Origin: Candidatus Poribacteria bacterium
GTDB lineage: Bacteria > Poribacteria > WGA-4E > PCPOR2b
DNA: 64,000 nucleotides
Direction of reading: 5' to 3'
Assembly: GCA_965116925.1 (NCBI GenBank)
Contig: OZ220744.1
Coordinates: 1,696,001 to 1,760,000, forward strand
This document shows, piece after piece, positions 18,989-29,407 of this stretch. How positions within the stretch are numbered: position 1 is the stretch's first letter; each line of letters starts with the position of its first letter. The notes below the pieces were generated by a model, which did no database searches, was not told the DNA's origin, and was given only the letters and a program-made list of their open reading frames with translations. Position numbers and translations under genes: made by a program.

Positions 18989-19744
18989 ATGAACCTCGAC
19001 AGATTACGCGTGCTCTTGGAGGATGTTAAACGCGGTGAAGTTGACATTGACGAGGCAATACAATCCCTACGTCATCTGCCATTTGAAGATCTAGGTTTTT
19101 CCAAAGTCGATCATCATAGACAACTACGCACAGGCTTTCCGGAAGTTATCTTTTGTCAAGGAAAAACGGTCGATCAGGTAAAGGAAATTAGCAAACGTAT
19201 TCTCGCCGCCGATCATCTCCTCCTCGCTACCCGCGCTACTCCCGAAATTTACGACGCATTAGCATCCCTTGATTCATCAGCTCGCTTCAATGAATTAGGA
19301 CGTACTATCACGATTGGGGAGCCTGCCGGTGAATTACATGATGGCATCTTGGTCGTATCTGCTGGCACATCTGATATTCCCGTGGCTGAGGAGGCAGTGG
19401 AGACCGCACAAATTATGGGTAACCGTGTAGAGCGACTATATGATGTCGGCGTCGCTGGCTTACATCGTCTACTCAATAATCATGAAAAGCTGACTCAAGC
19501 CCGTGTGCTCGTTGTCGTGGCAGGTATGGAGGGAGCGTTAGCAAGTGTGGTCGGCGGATTGGTGGATAAGCCTGTCGTCGCTGTACCGACAAGTATCGGC
19601 TATGGTGCGAGTTTCGGCGGCGTTGCAGCCTTGTTGAGTATGCTGAATAGTTGTGCTTCGGGCGTGACCGCTGTGAACATTGACAACGGATTTGGAGGGG
19701 GTTATAGCGCGTCGTTGATCAATCAGCTCTATATATCTAAATAG
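18989..19744 (+). CDS. larB: Nickel-pincer cofactor biosynthesis protein LarB (PurE-like)
   Basis: [59 protein letters not shown]. Confidence 0.93.
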   Translation: MNLDRLRVLLEDVKRGEVDIDEAIQSLRHLPFEDLGFSKVDHHRQLRTGFPEVIFCQGKTVDQVKEISKRILAADHLLLATRATPEIYDALASLDSSARFNELGRTITIGEPAGELHDGILVVSAGTSDIPVAEEAVETAQIMGNRVERLYDVGVAGLHRLLNNHEKLTQARVLVVVAGMEGALASVVGGLVDKPVVAVPTSIGYGASFGGVAALLSMLNSCASGVTAVNIDNGFGGGYSASLINQLYISK

Positions 19745-19836
19745 GAAGCATATAGAATTTTCGTACCAATACCAGTCCTCACTCTTCATTTATATGAATA
19801 TCATTTTAGGGCGAATTTTTTCTTACAGATGGTATT

Positions 19837-19938
19837 TATAGTAGATTTTAGAATTAATGGGACACGCCAAACCGGTGCGGTTTGTAACCGCACCTACCGG
19901 GGGACGCAAGTGTTTCTTTATTTTTTGAATTCACTATA
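19837..19938. mobile_element. MITE family A (TATAGT...ACTATA, IS630-like) with internal REP
   Basis: Near-identical to 31423-31525 and 44569-44670. Internal GGTGCGGTT..AACCGCACCTAC. Confidence 0.85.
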
Positions 19939-19958
19939 GTATCTGACCCTAACATATT

Positions 19959-20636
19959 ATGGAGAGATTTATGGAGCTTTACCTAATCCGTCATGGACAG
20001 TCCACCAACAATGCTGGACTCCCTCACGTCGCAGACCCACCACTATCAGATCTAGGCAAGAAACAAGCGTACCATGTTGGCAAAGCCCTGCAAAGAGAAG
20101 AAATCAGCCGACTCTATTGCAGCCCGATGCTCAGAGCTTTGCAGACTGCTGAGATTATTGGGGATATACTTTCCCTCTCCCCCCACATCTATATTGAACT
20201 TCACGAATGGGACGGTATATGGGAGGAAAGTGTTGGCAGATTTGGTGCTACACTTCCCGGACTAACGCGCTCGGAAATGAGAGAAGTTTGTCCCAATGTG
20301 GTTCTGTCTCAAGACGTTACGGACCAAGGCTGGTTATTTACTCAGTGGGAAAACGTCGAATTGATGCTTCAGCGAGCCGACCAGAACGCTACAAACTTCA
20401 TTACTCATCTGCAAGCAACCCACAACCAATCCGATGAACGGGTCGCGGCAATTTCCCACGGCGGTTTTCTATCGACGCTGATTGGGACGTTTTTTAACCT
20501 GCCGCCCAATGATGACTCAGATCGCTTTGCCCACCATAATGCAGCAATTAGTAAAATCCGAAGAGCAGCGCGAGGCACCCAACTGCGTTATTCGGACCGA
20601 ATTTGCCATCTCCCCAAAGGGATGATTACGTCGTAA
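19959..20636 (+). CDS. Histidine phosphatase (phosphoglycerate mutase) family protein
   Basis: LIRHGQS, SPMLRALQTA, SHGG. Confidence 0.9.
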   Translation: MERFMELYLIRHGQSTNNAGLPHVADPPLSDLGKKQAYHVGKALQREEISRLYCSPMLRALQTAEIIGDILSLSPHIYIELHEWDGIWEESVGRFGATLPGLTRSEMREVCPNVVLSQDVTDQGWLFTQWENVELMLQRADQNATNFITHLQATHNQSDERVAAISHGGFLSTLIGTFFNLPPNDDSDRFAHHNAAISKIRRAARGTQLRYSDRICHLPKGMITS

Positions 20637-20950
20637 ATGGCTATTCATCCACACGATTTCGCACGCCTATCTTCACTTATCATTCATCAGGTATTTGGAA
20701 ATGCCGTGTCAATGCCACTTCTTAGAAATACAGCGATATTTTCATATTATCCCTTGAAGGAGAGCGCATCCCCCTAACGTTCAGAATAATAGCAGTAGAC
20801 TATGATGAAGAGAGCAGGTTAATGACGACAAGAATTCATTATGAAACTGTATTAGCAAAGGTACACACACAGTCAAACATCGCACGGATTCAAACGGTTG
20901 CTAATTACTCCCATAACCCCCTACGAGGGCGTGGTCCGGATAACATGCCG

Positions 20951-22198
20951 CTAGCGCAAAAGGGGCAAAGTAGTCTGTTTACATCTTATCATCTCCGTCT
21001 CGAAAACGCTCCCCACACCTAATCGTTCGCCCTTCCCTTGTCCACTGATCAAATACCTTTCACAGGCTTTAAGGACTTCGTCACCCTGTATTGTATGCAT
21101 GCAGGGTGAAGTTCCGTCAGAAAGTGCCGAACAACCGTATTCAAAGCCGAGATTGAGGCATGGGCTGCACGGCACATCCACATGAAGAATTGTATGCCCA
21201 TTCCCCCACGGCCTCCATTGCGATGGATTTGTCGGGCCATGTAGCGCGATGACCGGCGTACCAGCGGCAGCAGCGAGGTGCATGGGACCACAGTTCCCAC
21301 AGATAACGAAATCGGCGTTGGTGAATAGCGCAGCGAGTTGATTGATGTGGGTTTTGCCGGCTGCAACGACACAAGATGACCGAGTTTGCGAAGCGATTTC
21401 TTGTGAGAGCTCAACCTCTGAGGGAGCACCTGTCAGGATAATTTGTGCGTTATACCGTTCCACAAGCGCATTGGCGACTGATACAAATCTATCTTGGGGG
21501 AACCGCCTTCTGGGTTCACCACGCCTACCCGCTTCCGGATGGATAGCAATAACCGGTCTATTCAGATCGATACCCATTTCATCAAAGAATTCTTTCGCCC
21601 AATCCCGATCTCCCTTTTTCAACCATATCTCCAAACCTGCTTCCCTAATCGGACACCCTAATAACCGCGCTATCTTCAGAAAATTGACTACCTCGTGCTG
21701 TCCCGGCGTGTGTTCGACGACATCTGTAAAAAGGTAGTGTCGATGTTGATCTTTTGACCGAAATCCGATGCGCCTTGATGCACCGCTCCCGTAAGCAATT
21801 AATGCGCTGAGCCTTGCCCAATGTTCAAAATCGACTACGCAATCGAACTTCTGACGGCGCAAATCCACAATAAATCTAATCAGGTTCCGCGGCGATTTCA
21901 CCAGTTCTTCTAAGCGGCACGGAATGTGTTGATCGATATAGGGGCAGCCTTCCAAATATTGTAGATTGATAGAGGATGCAACCATCGCCAAATGTGCATT
22001 CGGAAAGCGACCTCGAATTGCCCGAATTGTTGGGATCGTCAGGATGGTATCACCGATCGCAGACAATTGGATGAGCAAAATGCGCTGTGGGGTACGTCGA
22101 TGCTGCACAGCCACGCGAGATTGGAATCCACCAAGCAGAAAGCAGAGTAAGCTGCCGATATAACGATCTAAAATCTTTTGTATTATGTTTGGGTGCAT
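20951..22198 (-). CDS. Glycosyltransferase family 9 (heptosyltransferase-like)
   Basis: LSAIGDTIL, CGPMHLAAA, HGPTNP, CSPC. Confidence 0.92.
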   Translation of the reverse strand: MHPNIIQKILDRYIGSLLCFLLGGFQSRVAVQHRRTPQRILLIQLSAIGDTILTIPTIRAIRGRFPNAHLAMVASSINLQYLEGCPYIDQHIPCRLEELVKSPRNLIRFIVDLRRQKFDCVVDFEHWARLSALIAYGSGASRRIGFRSKDQHRHYLFTDVVEHTPGQHEVVNFLKIARLLGCPIREAGLEIWLKKGDRDWAKEFFDEMGIDLNRPVIAIHPEAGRRGEPRRRFPQDRFVSVANALVERYNAQIILTGAPSEVELSQEIASQTRSSCVVAAGKTHINQLAALFTNADFVICGNCGPMHLAAAAGTPVIALHGPTNPSQWRPWGNGHTILHVDVPCSPCLNLGFEYGCSALSDGTSPCMHTIQGDEVLKACERYLISGQGKGERLGVGSVFETEMIRCKQTTLPLLR

Positions 22199-22318
22199 CG
22201 GTTCTCGCTCCGAGATTTTGCACCAGTTAGTGCATACGGGCTAAACCGTTCTGGGCATTAAAAAGATTCTAAGGTTATAAAAAGTAGCGATTTTAGGGGT
22301 TATATCCACAAAGACCTA

Positions 22319-22334
22319 TTGGCACATAATTTGC
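22319..22334 (+). promoter_or_regulatory. Sigma54 (-24/-12) promoter upstream of the vWA gene
   Basis: TTGGCACATAATTTGC has exact GG-N10-GC spacing, about 110 bp before ATG 22444. Confidence 0.7.
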
Positions 22335-22443
22335 CCTTATCTCCAACATCAATAATTATTGTCCATTAACCCATGATTCTGCGGGACATTTGCCAATAAG
22401 CAATTTGTCCCTGTATCACAAATGCTACATTGGGAGGAATAAA

Positions 22444-24414
22444 ATGAACACTAGGAGAATTTCAGGAGCGTTGATAGCATCACTGATGATTCACGGCATT
22501 ATCATGCTGATCGCTAGTACATTCTACACAACCCAATCTCGAATCGAGAGACTTCAAGATGTACTCACTGTAGAGATGCTTCCACCGACAGAACCGCTAC
22601 GCCCTAGCGTACGCGGGGGAGGAATGGCCAGATACATTGCCACCAAATACATGGTGGCGAAGCCGACTGTTGCATCAGACAGGTCTTTTGCTACGGAACA
22701 GGTTCAGGCTCAGCCGAGAAATACAATCGGCGTTGTTGATCGTCCTGCATCTTCCATTCAACCGCAAACAGTGCTTGAGTTTTCCAACAAGGTCGTTAAG
22801 ATGGACAGTGCCATTGGCCCAACAATTCCTGCATCTTCCGTGCAGCTACAATCAGCACCCGTCAGAGCTCCTGCGGCAGCTAAAATTGGGGCAATAAATG
22901 GAGAAGTTGTACAGGTGAAAGCCGCTTTTGAACGTCCGGCTGGACTTGCTATGGTTGAACACGTTGGTGGACCCCGCAATGCCTTGGGTGATTACGTAAC
23001 CGTAACCAATCACTCTCAATTGAATCCTCCAAATGGGGAAGTGTATCACGATACGTATTTCAAAGGATCCGGTATCAATCCATTTATCGATACCGAAGAC
23101 GACCATCTTTCGACGTTTGGGATGGACGTTGATACAGGTTCTTATTCGATAACGCGTCGATACCTGACAGATGGGCATTTACCACCCCCGGAAGCTGTCC
23201 GCGTCGAAGAGTTTGTCAACGCATTCGATTACAGTTATGATCCGCCGACGGATAGCGCATTCGCTATCCACATAGACGGAGGTCCGTCGAAATTCGGTGA
23301 AGGGAAGCGACTTCAACTCTTGCGTATCGGATTGCAAGGGCGCGTAATTCCGGACGAACATCGGAGAGATGCTACCCTCACATTTGTCATTGATGTGTCC
23401 GGCTCAATGGAAAAGGAAAATCGACTGGAATTGGTAAAGAAGGCATTAACGCTCCTTGTTGACCAACTCCGCCCCACCGACAAAGTGGGAATTGTGGTTT
23501 ACGGCTCTCGTGGCAGGCTTGTGCTTCCACACACAGGAATCGGGCGGCGTAGTGAAATCTTGGCTGCTATCAATTCCTTGAGGCCGCGTGGATCGACTAA
23601 CGCTGAAGAAGGTCTCCGAATTGGATATGATCTGGCTTGGCGCAATGCAAGTGTAGATCATATCAACCGCGTCATTCTCTGTTCAGATGGTGTTGCCAAT
23701 GTCGGCAAAACAGGTCCCGATGCAATCCTTAAAGAGATCCGCACTTACGTTGATAAAGGGATTACACTCTCGACGGTCGGTTTCGGCATGGGAAACTATA
23801 ATGACGTTCTCATGGAACGACTCGCCGACACAGGCAACGGCAACTATGCCTATGTCGATACACTCTCCGAAGCCAGACGAATTTTTGTTGAAAACCTGAC
23901 CGGGACGCTACAGCTGATTGCAAAAGATGCGAAGATCCAAGTGGATTTTAATCCTGAAGTTATCAGTCGTTTTCGACTGCTCGGTTATGAAAACCGTCGT
24001 CTCGACCATAAACAGTTCCGCGATGACTCCGTTGATGCCGGAGAGGTAGGATCAGGGCACCAAGTAACCGCTCTGTACGAGGTTAAACTGCATCCAGACG
24101 CAACGGGAAAAATGGCAACGGTTTCGATTCGATACGCAGATGCCGACAATGGTAAAGTCAGCGAAGTTAGCGAAGATTTCCTCGTGTTGCAACTCCACGA
24201 GTCATTCGATACTGCTCCCGCGACGTTCCGGTTAGTCGCTGCTGTGGCAGAATTTGCCGAAATCCTACGCGAAAGCTATTGGGCAAAAGATGGTAGTTTA
24301 GATGTTGCTCATCAAGTTGTTAAAGATGCTTTCCCGGAAATCGACCATGAGGGTGTTGTTGAGTTGATGTATCTGGTCAACAAGGCAATCAGCTTTAAAG
24401 AACAGGATTCCTGA
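22444..24414 (+). CDS. Membrane-anchored von Willebrand factor A protein (YfbK/DUF3520-like)
   Basis: N-terminal TM (SLMIHG), STFGMDVDTGSY, VRVEEFVN, MIDAS DVSGSM, GYENR, DAGEVGSGHQVTALYE. Confidence 0.92.
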   Translation: MNTRRISGALIASLMIHGIIMLIASTFYTTQSRIERLQDVLTVEMLPPTEPLRPSVRGGGMARYIATKYMVAKPTVASDRSFATEQVQAQPRNTIGVVDRPASSIQPQTVLEFSNKVVKMDSAIGPTIPASSVQLQSAPVRAPAAAKIGAINGEVVQVKAAFERPAGLAMVEHVGGPRNALGDYVTVTNHSQLNPPNGEVYHDTYFKGSGINPFIDTEDDHLSTFGMDVDTGSYSITRRYLTDGHLPPPEAVRVEEFVNAFDYSYDPPTDSAFAIHIDGGPSKFGEGKRLQLLRIGLQGRVIPDEHRRDATLTFVIDVSGSMEKENRLELVKKALTLLVDQLRPTDKVGIVVYGSRGRLVLPHTGIGRRSEILAAINSLRPRGSTNAEEGLRIGYDLAWRNASVDHINRVILCSDGVANVGKTGPDAILKEIRTYVDKGITLSTVGFGMGNYNDVLMERLADTGNGNYAYVDTLSEARRIFVENLTGTLQLIAKDAKIQVDFNPEVISRFRLLGYENRRLDHKQFRDDSVDAGEVGSGHQVTALYEVKLHPDATGKMATVSIRYADADNGKVSEVSEDFLVLQLHESFDTAPATFRLVAAVAEFAEILRESYWAKDGSLDVAHQVVKDAFPEIDHEGVVELMYLVNKAISFKEQDS

Positions 24415-24424
24415 ATCCCCAATG

Positions 24425-25495
24425 CTACACAAGATTATCTACTGTGGACGCATCGAGCTGCGGGATTAGATGCAGTAGTAGATCTAACGTTGCTCGGTAA
24501 TCGTCTATATTGATGATAGACACATGGCTGTGAACATAGCGGGCTGGTACACCCAACACAATTGAGGGTACACCACGCCCAACTTGGTGGATTGCCCCGG
24601 TGTCTGTTCCGCCGGAAGTACGCACAGCAATCTGATGTGGAATTTGGTGTGCGGTTGCGGTTTCAATCGTAAGTTCTGTCAAACGTGGATTGGCAATCAT
24701 GGATGGATCATACAACCGAATCTGCACACCGCCCCCTAATTTCCCCTGCAAGCTCTCACTACTGGAGCCCGGCAAATCATCTGCGGGCGGTCCTTCCAGC
24801 ACAATCGCGACATCCGGCTCCGCTGCGGCGGTAACCGTTCTAGCACCACGCAGCCCGACCTCCTCCTGTACGCTCCCGGTGCCGATAACTGTGTTTGGAT
24901 GAGCACCGAGTTGTTGGAGGGTTTCGATAACTAATCCCACACCGACACGATTATCAAATGCCTTCGCGGAGAACAACTTGGGATTTTTCATCGGCATGAA
25001 CGGACCATAAGGAACAATTGGACAACCAGGCTTCACTCCGTACTCCTCCATCGCCTGTTCTGCACTTTCCGCTCCAATATCAATGTATAGGTCTTTAATA
25101 TCCAGTACCTTATCACGCGAACCGGCACTTAGAAGATGGGGCGGCGTAGAACCAATCACGCCAGAAATTTTCCCCTGTTTCGTCAAAATATTGACGCGCT
25201 GTGCAAGCAGTGTGTGCGCCCACCAGCCACCGACTGTGAGAAATTTGACGTAGCCCGCCCCTGTCAAATTCTGAACGATAAATCCGACTTCATCCATGTG
25301 TGAATCGAGTAGGATACGCGGGTTTGCAGCGTTCCCGCTCTTTGTGCAAAAAATGCTTCCCAATCGATCCTTTTGGATAACTCCAACCCCTTCTAAGTGC
25401 GAATGAAAGATCCGCCTGACCTCGTCCTCGTGTCCGGGGATTGCATCCGCTTGAGTGAGTTCTTCAAGTAGTTCAACCGATGTTTGGCTCATCAC
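24425..25495 (-). CDS. M42 family metallopeptidase
   Basis: SHMDEVG, KAFDNRVG, QEEVGLRGA, GGTD, RYVHS. Confidence 0.95.
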   Translation of the reverse strand: MMSQTSVELLEELTQADAIPGHEDEVRRIFHSHLEGVGVIQKDRLGSIFCTKSGNAANPRILLDSHMDEVGFIVQNLTGAGYVKFLTVGGWWAHTLLAQRVNILTKQGKISGVIGSTPPHLLSAGSRDKVLDIKDLYIDIGAESAEQAMEEYGVKPGCPIVPYGPFMPMKNPKLFSAKAFDNRVGVGLVIETLQQLGAHPNTVIGTGSVQEEVGLRGARTVTAAAEPDVAIVLEGPPADDLPGSSSESLQGKLGGGVQIRLYDPSMIANPRLTELTIETATAHQIPHQIAVRTSGGTDTGAIHQVGRGVPSIVLGVPARYVHSHVSIINIDDYRATLDLLLHLIPQLDASTVDNLV

Positions 25496-25514
25496 TTCCC
25501 TTTCTGATTGAAAT

Positions 25515-25735
25515 TATGGTAGATTTTAGAATTAATGGGACACGCCAAACCGGTGCGGTTACATGAAAATTAAAAAAACAGTTCGGTAATTTGCTAGCGA
25601 CGCCGGCGCGGTTGAAAACCGCGCCTACCGTATGTTTCGAGGAAAATAGGGATTACCGATTTAAATACTTAAACTTCATCAAACCGCACCTACCGGGGAG
25701 GCGCAAGTGTTTCTTTATTTTTTGAATTCACTATA
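25515..25735. mobile_element. MITE family A with a nested insertion
   Basis: Family A ends are intact. A ~117-bp insert (25563-25679) sits in the loop of its REP hairpin. Confidence 0.85.
25563..25679. mobile_element. Nested MITE family F (ATGAA...TTCAT) with its own REP
   Basis: Imperfect TIR ATGAAAATTAA / TTAAACTTCAT, subterminal TCGGTAAT / ATTACCGA, internal GGCGCGGTTGAAAACCGCGCCTAC. Confidence 0.7.
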
Positions 25736-25779
25736 ATTAGACATGATAAACAAGCGATGTCAGGAATTTGTTCGCAGAG

Positions 25780-26133
25780 TTACGGCACACGGAGTGTGCC
25801 TACTACTTTGAATGTTGAAGTGCCAAAATACACCCACACCTCTTCCGTTTTGCCATCAATAATCACTTTCCGTTTCTCCCGCTGATATACAGGCGTTTCA
25901 ACATGACAGCCCTCGTATTTATCCAAAATAACAAAATCTTGAGCCGTTAATCCTCGCCAAACAACTCCTTCGACGCTCGAATCTTCGCTGGGTATCAGTA
26001 CTGGATATCCCCGGTTAGAGATAACCGTTGTGCATTCGGGCATTATCGCTACATTTGGCTCGCCGAGCGAATGTCCAAGTAACCACTGAATCAACCCTCT
26101 ATCTTTTAAGGTGCCATAAACAAAGAGGTTCAT
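25780..26133 (-). CDS. Gamma-glutamylcyclotransferase (AIG2-like) family protein
   Basis: LFVYGTL, YP, LDKYEG, Y.R. The last codons and stop come from a REP. Confidence 0.88.
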   Translation of the reverse strand: MNLFVYGTLKDRGLIQWLLGHSLGEPNVAIMPECTTVISNRGYPVLIPSEDSSVEGVVWRGLTAQDFVILDKYEGCHVETPVYQREKRKVIIDGKTEEVWVYFGTSTFKVVGTLRVP

Positions 26134-26163
26134 AGTACAGTTGTAGGGAGTAGAGATCGGTTT

Positions 26164-28656
26164 TCACGCACCACGTTTCAGCGTAAGATAAAAGCGGCTT
26201 CCTTTACCTAGCTGACTCTCCGCCCAGACCTCACCGCCGTGGAGTTCAACGAGATTTTTCACTATCGGTAGTCCTAAGCCGATGCCACCGCTTTTCGAGC
26301 CCCCAACTCGATGGAAACGATCGAAAATGAAATCCAGTTCTGTCTGACTGATACCGACGCCCGTGTCTTCAACACAAACTTGGAGTATCTGATCCGAGAG
26401 CGTTGTCACACTGACTCCGACATACCTACCGTTTTCGGTATACTTGATAGCGTTATCCAGCAGGTTTGTTATAATCTGTCCCATCTTGTCAGCGTCCACC
26501 AACGCAACCACATCTAGGTCGCAATCCAGATTAACTTGAATACCTTTTCTATCTGTTATCGGTTGAATCCGCGCAATTGCTTCATCAAGAATAGGATACA
26601 GTTTCGTCGGTTCAAGCTGTAAGGAAATCTTACCTGACTCGATTTGAGAGAGATCTAGTAGGTCATTAATCAGCCGGATGAGCCTGTCGCAGTTGTCCTT
26701 CACGCGCAACAGATAGCTCGCCTGCTTATCTGAAAGCCCGCCACCGACGCCGTCAAGCAGATTATCTACAAACCCTTTGATGTGCGTCAATGGCGTTCGT
26801 AGTTCGTGGGATACATTATCCAAAAATTGGGATTTAAGTGTGTCTAGTTGCTTAAGTTGGTCATACGTCTCCTTGAGAGCGGTGGCAATGTTATTAAAGT
26901 CCGATACTAATTCTCCGCTTGTCGCTTTGGGTATTGTACCACCATAGGTGTCCAAATAGGTCACCATCAGTTGTTGCCGTGCAGTTTCCATCGCTTCGGT
27001 TCGTGCACTTAGCTGGGCATAGAGCATTGCATTTTCAATCGCGGTCGCGCCTTGATGTGCAAGCGTGCCGAGCAGCGCCAAATCGGCTTGCGTATACGGT
27101 TCTTCCGATGATTTTTGACCAAGTACAAGCAACCCCACCAGATTCTCGTTTTCTTTCGTCCGTGTCACGAACGGAATCCACACTGCGGATTGAAGAAAAT
27201 CAATAAAGCCCTCCGCCGACTCGGAGGGTGCAACGTGAATCAGATCTGGGTCAAGGGGTTGATCTGAAAAATCAAGCGGTTTCTCCGCCTTTTGCAGCCG
27301 CTGGAGCAGGGACGTAGATAGGGTCAGCGGCAATCCATTGGGTGGTGCATCAACTCCGATAGCCGCTTCCGGAACAAACTGCGCCCCTTCATCTGTAAAA
27401 GGGTTGGATTCACCTTCCCGATTGTATTCGGATTCCAAATAACCTGAAACACGATACATTACAACTCCACGACTGATGTGTATCGCTTTCGTTACTTGGC
27501 GGAGCAACGTATCCACTAAAATTTCCAGATCGAGGATAGAGTGGAGTGTCTGGCTCAACGCCAAGAGGGTCTGACGGTAGTTGTACGCCTCGCGATCAAA
27601 TGCCCGATCAATCAGTTTTTGAATGCGTGTCTTGGCGGGTGCAAACAGCACAGCAGCAATAAGCACCGAGATCGCGGTCACTGTCCGAGAACGTGCGGCT
27701 GTATGGAAAAACATGGTGAGCCCTTGAATGCTTAACAGATACATCCCAAGTGCGAAACCACTGACAAGCGTATACACAACGCTGCGATTGATAATGAGTT
27801 CTATATTCATCAACCGGTGTCGGATGATAGCGATGACATAGCAGATCGGGATAAGACATAACGTATAGGCCGAAAAGCGAGCGTAAGGGATTGAGACATC
27901 CCAAAACCTCGGAATTGTCGTACAGATAGCTAGTGGAAATGTCCCAGCAACAATACCGAGCAACAACCAGCGTGCTTGACGGCGTTGAGAGGCGGAGGGG
28001 GCAGCAAAACAGGTGTGCAGGAGTAATAACTGGCCAGCGATCGAATAAGCGAAAAGAAACCCGGTCGTGATGTTCTCAAGCGGCGACAGTTTTATCAGAA
28101 AAAACTCGCGGGTATAGTCATGTCCACGCAGATAGAAGAAGGAGGTTATCAAGCACAAAGCAACCCCCGGAACGTAGAGGAGTTTCAACAGCCACAGGCG
28201 GTGCTGGATGAGTTGTTTTTCAGCAGGAAAGATGAGAAAACAGTGGAGGAACAGGCAGGGGGTCATTGTTGCCGTTACGAACTGACAAATCGGCACAATC
28301 CGACTGCTCCACGTTCCCTCAGTAATTGAGAAGGTAGCGTCAACAGAGCATACGCTCATGAAACCGATACTCATTAGGTAGGAGATTCGTACCGCCCGAT
28401 ACGATCCTAGGGTTTCTTCATTTCTATTTTTTTCATCAGATTCGGAAGAAACTTGGCTTTGCGATTGCTGCATCCACACGAGCGTTGCGACCACCCATGT
28501 GATGAGCCCAATCAGATAGAAGTATCCGGTCTCCGGCGTATCCGGTGCTCTGGCGAAACTCCTTGCTCCAACAATGAGGTATATGCCCGACGCAAAAATA
28601 TAGAGAGTCGTGGTCAGGTCACGCTGGATTTTCATTTGAATCCTCGCAGGTCCCAT
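26164..28656 (-). CDS. Multi-TM sensor histidine kinase (TM bundle, GAF, HisKA, HATPase)
   Basis: YVIAIIRHRLM, AIENAMLY, SHELRTPL, NLLDNAIKY, DTGVGI, GIGLGL. The start may be the internal ATG (MKIQ). Confidence 0.92.
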   Translation of the reverse strand: MGPARIQMKIQRDLTTTLYIFASGIYLIVGARSFARAPDTPETGYFYLIGLITWVVATLVWMQQSQSQVSSESDEKNRNEETLGSYRAVRISYLMSIGFMSVCSVDATFSITEGTWSSRIVPICQFVTATMTPCLFLHCFLIFPAEKQLIQHRLWLLKLLYVPGVALCLITSFFYLRGHDYTREFFLIKLSPLENITTGFLFAYSIAGQLLLLHTCFAAPSASQRRQARWLLLGIVAGTFPLAICTTIPRFWDVSIPYARFSAYTLCLIPICYVIAIIRHRLMNIELIINRSVVYTLVSGFALGMYLLSIQGLTMFFHTAARSRTVTAISVLIAAVLFAPAKTRIQKLIDRAFDREAYNYRQTLLALSQTLHSILDLEILVDTLLRQVTKAIHISRGVVMYRVSGYLESEYNREGESNPFTDEGAQFVPEAAIGVDAPPNGLPLTLSTSLLQRLQKAEKPLDFSDQPLDPDLIHVAPSESAEGFIDFLQSAVWIPFVTRTKENENLVGLLVLGQKSSEEPYTQADLALLGTLAHQGATAIENAMLYAQLSARTEAMETARQQLMVTYLDTYGGTIPKATSGELVSDFNNIATALKETYDQLKQLDTLKSQFLDNVSHELRTPLTHIKGFVDNLLDGVGGGLSDKQASYLLRVKDNCDRLIRLINDLLDLSQIESGKISLQLEPTKLYPILDEAIARIQPITDRKGIQVNLDCDLDVVALVDADKMGQIITNLLDNAIKYTENGRYVGVSVTTLSDQILQVCVEDTGVGISQTELDFIFDRFHRVGGSKSGGIGLGLPIVKNLVELHGGEVWAESQLGKGSRFYLTLKRGA

Positions 28657-28700
28657 CCCAAACTGGAGGGGTAATTACACCTCTCTTATGGCGCAAGTGA

Positions 28701-29264
28701 TCATGTTTTCAGTCCCGCTTCCAGATAGGGACGGTAATATGCAAGATCGGGTGTTACAGCGTCTGGATCCTTCCCCATCTCATCATAGCGACGTAACCGC
28801 ACTGCGTCAGCAAAGTGAGGTAAGGCTTCAAATGCTTCGACTTCGGTTTCCGTTAGTGGTCCTCCTTGGCGTTCTAAACTCCGAACTGAAACAGGGGATA
28901 GCTTGTCAAAATAGCTCGCCTCCACAGCACAGAGATAGCGTTTCGCAGGCACATGCAACCGAGCAGGTTCGGTAACCGCTGAAACAAAATACGGTTCCAA
29001 AAGTGCTGCAACAAGTTCTTCATGTTTATCATCTATTCCTTGCGCCACAATCGCTTGGGGTAAATCATGAACCAGATGACCGTAGTCGTGCAAGATAGCA
29101 GCGGCTATCAGTGTATCGCTGGCACCATCCTTCTCGGCAGCGTGGGCGGTCTGTAGGGCGTGTTGTAGTTGTGTGACCTGTTCGCCCCCTTCATAGAGTT
29201 GATCGCCATAGTTCTGAAACGCTTCAAAGATTTCGTCAATGATAGTTACTTTACTCATCTTCAT
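28701..29264 (-). CDS. HD-domain diiron oxygenase, PhnZ/TmpB-like
   Basis: QLQHALQTA, ILHDYGH, HEE, LHVPAKRYLC, SLERQGG, LRRYDEMGK. Confidence 0.85.
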   Translation of the reverse strand: MKMSKVTIIDEIFEAFQNYGDQLYEGGEQVTQLQHALQTAHAAEKDGASDTLIAAAILHDYGHLVHDLPQAIVAQGIDDKHEELVAALLEPYFVSAVTEPARLHVPAKRYLCAVEASYFDKLSPVSVRSLERQGGPLTETEVEAFEALPHFADAVRLRRYDEMGKDPDAVTPDLAYYRPYLEAGLKT

Positions 29265-29273
29265 TATCCTCAA

Positions 29274-29364
29274 GGCTCATATAAAAGGAAAGTGCAAAGC
29301 ACTTGAAGAAACCGAGTTTTGCCGAAAAAACTCGGTTTCTTTGCACTAAATCTTAACATGAGCG
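29274..29364. mobile_element. MITE family E carrying an AGAAACCGAG hairpin
   Basis: 25-bp imperfect TIR GCTCAT..AGTGCAAAG. Flanks ATCCTCAA / ATCCTTAA. Internal AGAAACCGAGTTTT..AAAACTCGGTTTCT. Confidence 0.75.
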
Positions 29365-29407
29365 ATCCTTAAAATGTGTGTAAAATGTATAAAATTTACG
29401 TTTGCCG

